59,797 bases of DNA from Candidatus Magasanikiibacteriota bacterium (GTDB lineage Bacteria > Patescibacteriota > Minisyncoccia > UBA6257 > GWB1-50-10), in NCBI GenBank assembly GCA_042218035.1, contig JBDGRM010000032.1, positions 1 through 59,797 on the forward strand. Direction: 5' to 3'. The translations under genes were made by a program, and so were the position numbers. Every line of letters begins with the position of its first letter. Within the stretch, counting starts at the first letter, position 1. The notes beneath the pieces are model-generated. The model was not told where the DNA came from, did no database searches, and saw nothing but the letters and a program-made list of their open reading frames with translations. Positions 1 through 8,079 of this stretch are shown in pieces.

Positions 1-2
1 TG

Positions 3-110
3 CAGGATGTTTTTGGTGAATCAGGAAAACCCGAAGAACTTATTGAGGAATACGGAATGAGTTCAGAGGATATAATAAAGGCAGTAAGGAGGGTAGAGGG
101 TAGAAAATAA
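3..110 (+). CDS. 3' end of an upstream gene (partial). The C-terminus resembles the transketolase family.
   Basis: Frame 3 reads QDVFGESGKPEELIEEYGMSSEDIIKAVRRVEGRK, then TAA at 108-110. The FGESG...L..YG pattern is typical of transketolase-family C-termini. Only 35 codons are visible. Confidence 0.4.
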   Translation, partial: QDVFGESGKPEELIEEYGMSSEDIIKAVRRVEGRK

Positions 111-131
111 ACAATTAAAAATTGTTTTTTT
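111..131 (+). terminator. Weak intrinsic terminator candidate
   Basis: acaatt-aaa-aattgt hairpin (6 bp, A/T only) followed by a T run, directly after the TAA. Confidence 0.3.
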
Positions 132-179
132 GCAGAGACCAATTTTTAATTGTTTAATTAAATAAATTTAAAAATAATA

Positions 180-1199
180 ATGCATGATGTAATCACTGTT
201 GGTTCGGCTACCCAAGACGTTTTTTTGCGGTCTTCAAAGTTTCAACATATAGAGGATAAAGACAAACTGGAGGATATTGGTTTTGGTGAAAGTAAAGCTG
301 AATGTTTTGCTTTGGGAACGAAAATGGAGATGGAGGAAATGAATTTAGAATATGGGGGCGGAGCCGTTAACGCTGCTATTAGTTTTTCTAAAAGAGACCT
401 TAAAACTAAGACATTGACAAAGGTGGGAGAAGACTGCTTTGGGGATAACATCGTTGATTATTTGGATGAGCAAGGCATTAATGTGGAAGTTATAAGGGAT
501 GATAAAAATATTACCGGTTATTCCAACATTCTTTTAATGCCAAATGGAGCAAGAACTGTTTTGGTTCACAGGGGGGCAGCTGAAAAAATAAGTAAAGGTA
601 GTATAGATATAGATAAACTGAAGGCCCATTGGTTTTATATAAGCCCTTCTGAGATGCCTTACTCAACAGCAGAATGGTTGCTGAAAAAACTTTCTAAAAG
701 AGAAAAAACAGTTAAAACTGCTATGAATCCGTCACAATATTATCTGGATAGAGGCTTGAAGAAGTTAAAGCCTATTTTTTCCAAGCTGGATGTACTTATC
801 ATGAACAAAGAGGAGGCCTCTTATTTGACTAATGTCGATTATACAGCCGAGACTCGAAAGATGTTAAGAAAGTTGAATAAGTACACTGATGCCGTAGTAG
901 TTGTAACGGAAGGAGCTAAGGGCTCCTCGGCTTCAGATGGTCGATATATTTATGAGGCTGGTACTTATGATGAAGAAGAAGTTGTTGACCGAACCGGGGC
1001 AGGTGATGCTTTTGGGGCCGGTTTTGTTGCAGGTTTGATAAAAGAAGGTGATATTCCTTATGCAATAAAGTTAGCTACTGCAAACGCTACTTCAGTGATA
1101 GAGAGCGTAGGAGCTCACACTGGAGCTTTGGGTGTGAAGAATTTTGAAAGGAGAGATCAATTTGAGTATCTTGACTTGGATATAGAACCGTTAGTGTAA
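180..1199 (+). CDS. PfkB-family carbohydrate kinase (ribokinase-like)
   Basis: N-terminal VITVGSATQDVFL and C-terminal DRTGAGDAFGAGFVAG (PfkB signature 2). 339 aa. Confidence 0.85.
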   Translation: MHDVITVGSATQDVFLRSSKFQHIEDKDKLEDIGFGESKAECFALGTKMEMEEMNLEYGGGAVNAAISFSKRDLKTKTLTKVGEDCFGDNIVDYLDEQGINVEVIRDDKNITGYSNILLMPNGARTVLVHRGAAEKISKGSIDIDKLKAHWFYISPSEMPYSTAEWLLKKLSKREKTVKTAMNPSQYYLDRGLKKLKPIFSKLDVLIMNKEEASYLTNVDYTAETRKMLRKLNKYTDAVVVVTEGAKGSSASDGRYIYEAGTYDEEEVVDRTGAGDAFGAGFVAGLIKEGDIPYAIKLATANATSVIESVGAHTGALGVKNFERRDQFEYLDLDIEPLV

Positions 1200-1311
1200 G
1201 CAGAGTCTATTTGTTGAGTTTTAGAGATTTAGGAAAAAGGTGGCTAATTTTAGTTCTGGTCGCGTTTAATTATATTGTAATAATGCTCCACTTTAGATTA
1301 TAAAATCAAAA

Positions 1312-2571
1312 ATGACTCCAGTAGAAAAAATTTCTAAAGTTTTAGGCGCCAAACAGGACAAAGCAAAAAAGGTGAATGAAAGGTTGTCTGAAGTGACCCA
1401 AAAGAGAAACGTTTTGAAGAAGGTGATTGAGAACATTGAACGGAAAATTGAGAAGAGGTTAGGGCTTTTGGGTTTAGATAGAAGTTCTAGCGTTGAAAAG
1501 GTGATAAATGCCCTGCTTGAAAAGGCTGAAGAGGACAGCAGGCAATTCGCAGATTATTTTAATAATCCTGAATTCGGTCGAAAGGGAGGGGGTTACGAAA
1601 AGGTTTTGGAGGTTACAAAAAATAGAACGGCCGCTCAGGATGAAGGCTTTTTTCTAAAAAAAGAGATTGCGGCAGATTTTTTAAGAAACGAGCCTCCCAA
1701 GAATGTTTTGGAATATTTAGGATACTCGAGTGCAGAAGAAATGTTATCACAAGAAGATTTGTTGGAGGTATATAGCTCTCTTCGTTTTCTCGAATCTAGA
1801 GATTGGATGAATAAAAAGTTTTTTGAACAATATAAGAGGTTGACCCCTGATGATTTCGAACGTAGAGAAATTGAGTTGAAGATTTTAGGAAAAAAGTGGG
1901 CCGAGGCAGGGGAAGACTTTGTTGCAAGCAAATGGCATAATGTTTCACATCTCAAAGAACTCGGTTTCATATTTGTTCTTCCTGTTGAAGCTAATTTTGT
2001 TGGGCAGTTGATGAGGACAGTGGGCTTAGTTTCGCACTACCTTCATGAGGTTCCTTTTTATTCAAATATGTTTGAAAAAATTTCTGAAGAGCCTTCAACT
2101 TTTGATAATAATTTGAGATCACTTTTAAGAGGTGATGTAGTGGATAAAGAAATTGAGGAAAGTGGAGAAGAGGTATCGTGGTTGGTAGTTCAACGTTATC
2201 TGGTTAAAGATGATGAAAGCGATTGGCGCCTTAAAGTTCCCAGAATTAATCCTGAAGCTCATCACTATCTTCGGGCTGAGGAGGCGCTTATAAGAATGGC
2301 TGAAGATATAGAGAAAGGCGGAGGGTTGTCTTTCTGGAAAGGTCTTGATTGGGTGGGAGGATTTTTTGAAAATTCTTCCGGTAAAAGAGAGTTAGTTAGT
2401 TTTAATATGATGGACAACGCCTTCTCATTGGTTCGAAGAAGTGAGAAAATTAGATATACGTATCATCAAAGAGAGGCGCTTTGGAACAGGCTTTTTATGG
2501 ATTATTTTAGTCGTTCTGAGTTGGAAGATTATTTACAAAAGTATTTATTAAGGGGGTATTTTAAAATTTAG
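1312..2571 (+). CDS. Hypothetical protein, 419 aa
   Basis: Long uninterrupted ORF in the same direction as its neighbours. I recognise no motif. Confidence 0.55.
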   Translation: MTPVEKISKVLGAKQDKAKKVNERLSEVTQKRNVLKKVIENIERKIEKRLGLLGLDRSSSVEKVINALLEKAEEDSRQFADYFNNPEFGRKGGGYEKVLEVTKNRTAAQDEGFFLKKEIAADFLRNEPPKNVLEYLGYSSAEEMLSQEDLLEVYSSLRFLESRDWMNKKFFEQYKRLTPDDFERREIELKILGKKWAEAGEDFVASKWHNVSHLKELGFIFVLPVEANFVGQLMRTVGLVSHYLHEVPFYSNMFEKISEEPSTFDNNLRSLLRGDVVDKEIEESGEEVSWLVVQRYLVKDDESDWRLKVPRINPEAHHYLRAEEALIRMAEDIEKGGGLSFWKGLDWVGGFFENSSGKRELVSFNMMDNAFSLVRRSEKIRYTYHQREALWNRLFMDYFSRSELEDYLQKYLLRGYFKI

Positions 2572-2582
2572 AAGAATTTTAT

Positions 2583-3446
2583 ATGGCTAATCTCAAACAA
2601 AAAATAAAAGAAGTTGATTCGAATAAAGCTATTCCTCATTTTAATATTTCAAATTTTGAAATGATGAAGGCTATTGATAGGGTGGCTAACAAATTTGAAG
2701 CACCAATTTTTGTAGGCACTTCAGAAGGAGAGCGTGGATTTTTAGGTGAGAATATAGCTGTGAGTTTAGTTAATGAGTTTAGTAAGAAATTACAAGATAA
2801 AACCCAGCTTTTTTTAAATGCAGATCACACTTATTCATTAGATTTAGTTAAAAAGGCTGCTAGGGCTGGTTATGACTCGGTTATATATGATGGAGCAGAT
2901 CTCCCTTTTGAGGAGAATGTGGAAAAGACGAGGGAGGCAGTCAATTTGGCAAAAGATATTAATTCGGAAATAGTAGTAGAGGGAGAGCTGGGGTATATCG
3001 GAAAATCTTCCACTTTGCGGGAAGAGGTCCCCGAAAAAGCTGAGATAAAGAAAGATAATCTTCCGGAGCCAAAGGAAGCACATGATTTTGTGAAAAAGAC
3101 AGGTGTAGACATGTTTGCTCCGGCTGTAGGCAATCTCCACGGCATGTTTTCTAACCGATCTAATCCTAGTCTTAAAATTGAAAGAATTCAAGAAATTCGA
3201 GAAGCTGTTGACACCCCTTTAGTTTTACACGGCGGATCCGGGGTTAAGCCTGAAGATTTTAGAAGGGCTATAAAAGCAGGGATTGATATAGTACATGTTA
3301 GCACTGAAATAAGAATATCCTGGAAAAAGACCTTAAAAACAAAAATTAATGAGAGCGAAAAAATTGCTCCTTATAAAATCTTTCCAGAAGTTATTGAGGC
3401 AATGGAAGAAGTAATGTCAAAAAAAATGGAATTATTCGGTTGGTAA
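2583..3446 (+). CDS. fba: Class II fructose-bisphosphate aldolase family
   Basis: Motifs NADHTYS, EGELGYIGK, VGNLHGMF and LVLHGGSG. 287 aa. Confidence 0.85.
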   Translation: MANLKQKIKEVDSNKAIPHFNISNFEMMKAIDRVANKFEAPIFVGTSEGERGFLGENIAVSLVNEFSKKLQDKTQLFLNADHTYSLDLVKKAARAGYDSVIYDGADLPFEENVEKTREAVNLAKDINSEIVVEGELGYIGKSSTLREEVPEKAEIKKDNLPEPKEAHDFVKKTGVDMFAPAVGNLHGMFSNRSNPSLKIERIQEIREAVDTPLVLHGGSGVKPEDFRRAIKAGIDIVHVSTEIRISWKKTLKTKINESEKIAPYKIFPEVIEAMEEVMSKKMELFGW

Positions 3447-3566
3447 AAATTTTTAATTCTTTTTGTATTTTTATAATTTCCTTTGATTTTTAATAATTTT
3501 TGGTTTAGTTTTTACAAGCCAATTGTTAAATGTTTAGAATGAAAAAATTAATTTATTTAGCTAAAA

Positions 3567-4301
3567 ATGTCTAAACAAAAGATAAAACAAATAGTAATAG
3601 AGATAAGAGCGGGTGCAGGAGGTGATGAGGCTGCTCTTTTTGGGGCTGATCTAGCCCGTATGTATAAAAGGTATGCCGAGAAGAAAGGGTGGAAGTTTAA
3701 GCCCATAGGGGTTAACTCCACAAGTAAGGGAGGTTATAAAAGTTTTTCTGCTAAAGTCTCTGGTGAGGGCGCTTATGAAGCTTTTCGTTTCGAGTCGGGA
3801 GTCCATAGGGTTCAAAGAGTTCCCAAAACGGAGAGTTCAGGGAGAATTCATACCTCTACTGCAACAGTTGCTGTTCTTCCTGTAGTAAAACCTAAGGATG
3901 TGAATTTGAAGAAGAGTGACTTGGATATTTCTTTTGCTCGATCTTCCGGGCCTGGGGGACAACATGGAGATAAAGCTGAAACTGCCGTAAGGATTGAGCA
4001 TAAGCCTTCAGGTTTGGTAGCTACTTCTGAAGGTCAGCGCTCACAAGCGTCGAACAAGAAGAAGGCTATGAACACTCTCCGGTCAAAAGTTTATGACTAC
4101 AGAAAGAAGAAGAAGCAAGAAAAGTTAGGAGCTTTGCGATCTGAACAAATTGGTGGTGCAAAGAGGTCAGAAAAAATTAGAACTTATAACTTTCCACAGA
4201 ATAGGGTGACTGATCATAGGATTGAAGAAAAGTGGAAAAGGTTAGAGCATATAATGGAGGGTAACTTAGATATGATTTTAGAAGAATTTAAAGAAGATTA
4301 A
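3567..4301 (+). CDS. prfA: Peptide chain release factor, RF1-type, lacking N-terminal domain 1
   Basis: IEIRAGAGGDEAALF (start of domain 2), RVQRVPKTESSGRIHTSTATVAVLP (RF1 PxT region, here PKT), and the GGQ motif SSGPGGQHGD. Only 244 aa. Confidence 0.75.
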   Translation: MSKQKIKQIVIEIRAGAGGDEAALFGADLARMYKRYAEKKGWKFKPIGVNSTSKGGYKSFSAKVSGEGAYEAFRFESGVHRVQRVPKTESSGRIHTSTATVAVLPVVKPKDVNLKKSDLDISFARSSGPGGQHGDKAETAVRIEHKPSGLVATSEGQRSQASNKKKAMNTLRSKVYDYRKKKKQEKLGALRSEQIGGAKRSEKIRTYNFPQNRVTDHRIEEKWKRLEHIMEGNLDMILEEFKED

Positions 4302-4311
4302 TTTGGAATAA

Positions 4312-5316
4312 ATGCCTGAATTAAGAAAACACCCGATTTTGAAAGATTGGGTGATGATAGATCCGAAGAGGGTTGAAAGACACCTCCATATTGATAGTGG
4401 AGGTAATTTTGAAACCGATAAAAGTAAATGCCCCTTTCAAGATCTCAGTTCTAATGAGGAGGATCCCATTTTAAGTTATTCTCAGGATTCTGATTTGGAA
4501 GGCTGGACTTTGCAGGTAATAAAAAATAAATTTCCGGCAGTTGAGCCGGAGAATAATTCTTCTGTATGGGGGGTGGGCCCTTATAAAAAAAGAACAGCCC
4601 ACGGTTATCATGAATTGTTAGTTACAAAAAGTCATCATGAGGATTTCGACTCTCTTAAAGATGAAGAGGCCTTTGATGTTTTTCGGGCTCTCCAAGAACG
4701 TTATAGAGCTTTGAGTCAACGGAATCGGGTGCAGTTTGTGTCCATGTTTCATAATTGGGGAAAGAGAGCAGGAGCGAGTGTTTATCACCCTCACTACCAA
4801 ATTATATCTTTGCCCGTTGTGCCATCGGGAACCAAGGAATATTTAGAGGGTTCTCGAAGATATAAAGAGAAAAATGGAACTTGTGGTTATTGTGATATGA
4901 TTCAAAAAGAGCAAGAGGATGGAACTAGAGTAGTATTTGAGAATGAGAAAGTAATTTGTTTTGTTCCATTTGCAAGTAAGGCTCCTTTTGAGATGAGGAT
5001 ATTTCCCAAAGAGCATTCTCCTTATTTTAGAAGGGAAGATGAGAGAGTCTTGAAAGAAATTTCTTTTGGACTGAAGAATGTCATAAAGTCTTTAAAAAGG
5101 AATCTTTCTTCCCCGGATTATAACTTTTTTATCCATTCTGCCCCTGCTGAGAATGATGAATTTAATTATTTTCATTGGCATATTGAAGTAAGACCGAGGG
5201 TAATAATTCCTGGCGGCTTAGAAAAGGGAACTGGGATGTACGTAAATGTGGTCTCTCCTGAGTCTGCAGCAAAAGTTTTGAATGGTATTTCGGCCGGCTT
5301 CCCTGAAGAGGTTTAA
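4312..5316 (+). CDS. galT: Galactose-1-phosphate uridylyltransferase (GalT) / HIT-superfamily nucleotidyltransferase
   Basis: HPHYQI active-site motif (HxHxQ), a KCPF near the N-terminus, and two half-barrel repeats. 334 aa. Confidence 0.7.
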   Translation: MPELRKHPILKDWVMIDPKRVERHLHIDSGGNFETDKSKCPFQDLSSNEEDPILSYSQDSDLEGWTLQVIKNKFPAVEPENNSSVWGVGPYKKRTAHGYHELLVTKSHHEDFDSLKDEEAFDVFRALQERYRALSQRNRVQFVSMFHNWGKRAGASVYHPHYQIISLPVVPSGTKEYLEGSRRYKEKNGTCGYCDMIQKEQEDGTRVVFENEKVICFVPFASKAPFEMRIFPKEHSPYFRREDERVLKEISFGLKNVIKSLKRNLSSPDYNFFIHSAPAENDEFNYFHWHIEVRPRVIIPGGLEKGTGMYVNVVSPESAAKVLNGISAGFPEEV

Positions 5317-5318
5317 GG

Positions 5319-6824
5319 TTAGGAGGAGGAAATCACTTCTATATCTTCTTTTATCTCCTTTGCTTTCGTAAGCACGGCATCACCATACCAGAATCTGTAT
5401 GTCCACCATCTGTTCCCTGCGTAGTATTTTGTGGCAGCACATCTTTCTCTTAGTTTTCTTTTAGACAGGACATGAGAATATTCCTGTGCATAGTTTTGAC
5501 AGTCAGGACTTTTTAGTAACTTTTTTATATAAAGGGCTGTAGCTATAAATGCATCGGTATTATTCCAAGGATTAGAAGGGTCATCTCCACCTGTTAGTTG
5601 TCTAATTTCATCTTCTCTTTTTATGTATTTCCATTCCCCGTTTACTTTTTCAAAGCCTCCGTATATTGCCCAGGTGGAGGGTATAAATTGAGCCGGCCCC
5701 ATAGCACCTCCATATGATCCGTGTTTTGTAATAGGGCAAGATACTTGAGCTACTGTAGAGTTGGGTTGAATATTGAGGTTATCTAATATTGCCCTGAAAA
5801 CGGGAATATCCCTTTCGGGGTGCATAGCGTTCTTATAATTGCATTGACCTACATTTTCCCCCAACCTTGATTCTCTTGCAAGGATAGCCATTATGAGTGG
5901 AGCTCTTACACCTGTGGCACTTTCCGCTAGTTTGGCATATTTATAGGCCTTTTCAAAAGTTAGTTCGCCTCCTCCAACCAGTTTAAAGATTTGTTTTCTT
6001 ATTTCTGCTGCTGTTTGCTTTGTTTTTTGAAGTCTTTTTCTGTATTGATATTTTTTGCTTTCAGTAGCTTGTAAAAGTTGTCTTTTTTGTTTCTTAGCGA
6101 CTGCTAGCTCTTGTTTTTGGTTTTTTCTTATCCTTTTGAGGTTTTTAACATCTTGTTTTTCCAACCTCAACTCTCTTTTTTGTTTTAGAAGCTTGTCTTT
6201 TAATTTTACTACTTTGTTAAGGGAGCTTTGGAGGTTGTTTTGTAACATGAGCATCTCATTTATCTTTCGGAAAAAGTCAGAGATTTCCTTATTTTTTAAA
6301 AGTATTGCTAAAAAACTTTGGTTTTCTATTTGGTATAAGGTTTCAATTGATCTTCCCAGAGCATTTTTGTGCTCTTCTATTTTGTTTTGGGTTCTATTTA
6401 TTTTTTGCTGGGTTTTGTAGATATCTTGGTTTAGTTTTTGGAGGGTTACATTAACGGCTTCAATTTTTAAATTCATTTTGTTTATTCTGGCTCTCAACCT
6501 GGATATTTCATTTTGTAGGCTTCTTTCTTTTTGGGCTATATTCTGAATGCGTTTTTGTTGTGTATTTATCTTTTGTTCCAGTTGGGTTAACTTTTGTTCC
6601 AATTTGGCTCTTTGCCCTTTTGTAAGTTGATCAGCGGTACTTGTTGCTTGTTGTGCCTTTTTTTGTGTGGTGGTGCTTTTTTTGTTTTGGGCTGCCTTAC
6701 TGAGCTTTAAAAGGAAAGGAAGGGTAAGGATTGCTATAAAAAACAAAAAAACTACCCCTAACTTAATATTGAGGTAGCCTTTTTTATTTTGGGTAGCCTT
6801 TTTTGTTTTTGAGTAATTATTCAT
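5319..6824 (-). CDS. Membrane-anchored coiled-coil protein with a C-terminal lytic transglycosylase (SLT)-like domain
   Basis: N-terminal TM segment (LGVVFLFFIAILTLPFLL). About 250 aa of K/Q/E-rich heptad-like sequence. C-terminal AILARESRLGEN (catalytic Glu-Ser context) and GPAQFIPSTW. Confidence 0.65.
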   Translation of the reverse strand: MNNYSKTKKATQNKKGYLNIKLGVVFLFFIAILTLPFLLKLSKAAQNKKSTTTQKKAQQATSTADQLTKGQRAKLEQKLTQLEQKINTQQKRIQNIAQKERSLQNEISRLRARINKMNLKIEAVNVTLQKLNQDIYKTQQKINRTQNKIEEHKNALGRSIETLYQIENQSFLAILLKNKEISDFFRKINEMLMLQNNLQSSLNKVVKLKDKLLKQKRELRLEKQDVKNLKRIRKNQKQELAVAKKQKRQLLQATESKKYQYRKRLQKTKQTAAEIRKQIFKLVGGGELTFEKAYKYAKLAESATGVRAPLIMAILARESRLGENVGQCNYKNAMHPERDIPVFRAILDNLNIQPNSTVAQVSCPITKHGSYGGAMGPAQFIPSTWAIYGGFEKVNGEWKYIKREDEIRQLTGGDDPSNPWNNTDAFIATALYIKKLLKSPDCQNYAQEYSHVLSKRKLRERCAATKYYAGNRWWTYRFWYGDAVLTKAKEIKEDIEVISSS

Positions 6825-6869
6825 GAGACTCTACCCAAACATTATATTATATTTTTTAGGAGTTAAAAG

Positions 6870-7547
6870 TTATTCTGTCATTTCTTCATCTTCCATCTCT
6901 GCCACTTCCTCTTCTTCGCTTCCCTCTTCTAGGGGGCTTTCTTCTTCAGTTTCTAGTTCTCCAAGTTCTCCAGGCATAATGGTTTCGAGCTCTTCTTCTT
7001 CCTCTTCTTCCCGTTTTTCTGAAACACTTACTATTACTGTGTCTGGATCTCCCATTATTTCAATTTCTTCTTTTGTTTCTAAATCTTGAATATGAATCAT
7101 GTCACTTTCTTCTTCTAACTCTGTAAGATCAACTTCTATTTCTTGAGGAATTTCATCGGGAAATGCTTTGATTTCTACTTCGTTTAATATCTTGACTGCG
7201 GTAAATCCTTCTTTTTCTATTGGAGCCTCTCCGATGAATTTTAAAGGAACAGTGGTGGTAAGTTTCTCGTCCTTGCTTATTTTATAAAAATCAATGGCAA
7301 GTGGTTTTCGAGAGATAGGATGATATTGAACGTCATATATAAGGACAGGAACCTCTTTGCCTTCTATTTGTAGATCAACTATTTGACTCATCCCTGCCTG
7401 TTCAAACACTGTATTGAAATCTTTTTCTTTTACTGCTACGTGCTCGTTTTCAAAATCTTTTCCATACACTTCAGCAGGAATAATACCCTCTTTCCTTAAG
7501 TTTTTTGGTTTGGTGTCCGTATTTCTTTTTTGAACTTGTAATTCCAT
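6870..7547 (-). CDS. rplY: Ribosomal protein L25/Ctc with a long acidic C-terminal tail
   Basis: LRKEGIIPAEVYGK near the N-terminus and two beta-rich domains. The last ~45 aa are mostly E/D. Confidence 0.85.
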   Translation of the reverse strand: MELQVQKRNTDTKPKNLRKEGIIPAEVYGKDFENEHVAVKEKDFNTVFEQAGMSQIVDLQIEGKEVPVLIYDVQYHPISRKPLAIDFYKISKDEKLTTTVPLKFIGEAPIEKEGFTAVKILNEVEIKAFPDEIPQEIEVDLTELEEESDMIHIQDLETKEEIEIMGDPDTVIVSVSEKREEEEEEELETIMPGELGELETEEESPLEEGSEEEEVAEMEDEEMTE

Positions 7548-7557
7548 TTTTAGAAAT

Positions 7558-7887
7558 TTAGTTTAGTTTTTCTTTTGCTTTTTGGGCTAACTCTTCAGTT
7601 TCATCGGTTTTTTCCGGTTCATCATTATTATTTTCTGAACCTTCTCCTTGCTTATTTTTTTGTTTTTCCATTTCGGCTCTTTTTTCTTTTGCTTTTTGTC
7701 TTCTTTTCTCAAATTTTTCTGCTCTACCTGCTGTGTCTACCAGCTGATCTTCTCCAGTATAGAACGGGTGGCAGTTACTGCATATTTCAATTTCAATGTC
7801 TTCTTTTGTAGAACCGACCTCGTAGGTTTGGCCGCAAGCACATTTTATTTTGGTTTTTTGGTATTTTGGGTGAATGTCCTCTTTCAT
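7558..7887 (-). CDS. rpmE: Ribosomal protein L31 with a K/E-rich C-terminal extension
   Basis: MKEDIHPKY...CACG...[11 protein letters not shown] place the start at the internal Met (7887), not the ORF-track start at 7917. Confidence 0.85.
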   Translation of the reverse strand: MKEDIHPKYQKTKIKCACGQTYEVGSTKEDIEIEICSNCHPFYTGEDQLVDTAGRAEKFEKRRQKAKEKRAEMEKQKNKQGEGSENNNDEPEKTDETEELAQKAKEKLN

Positions 7888-8079
7888 AATGTATTTGATG
7901 TCTTTTACAGTTATCAAGACTATCGTAATTTCCTTAATTTGTCCAGCCCTGTTTTTTGATCGGTTGTTTTTTAGGTAAGTAGAACTTTGTAAATAGGTAG
8001 GTCCTTTGGTACAATTAAATTAGTTGAAAAGCCCTCTTGAGAGAGGGTAATTTAAATTGTATTAAATTGATAAAAAAAT

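Noticed and set aside
242-451. Short antisense or alternative-frame ORFs nested inside conserved genes. Examples: 242-451, 1635-1970, 2844-3191, 8722-8943, 11063-11436, 16188-17707, 28211-28642, 42034-42404, 44975-45310.
   Set aside because: Each lies wholly within a longer ORF that carries clear family motifs. They have odd composition (Ser/Leu/Phe-rich) and no start context of their own.
3447-3566. prfB-style programmed +1 frameshift, or a hidden upstream exon, to explain the short release factor
   Set aside because: The upstream spacer is only 120 nt, AT-rich and closed in all frames. The protein is also RF1-like rather than RF2-like.
6823-7089. 88-aa Ser-rich ORF on the plus strand
   Set aside because: It is the antisense reading of the GAA/GAG-rich acidic tail of rplY. 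Its low-complexity composition is an artefact of the opposite-strand codons.
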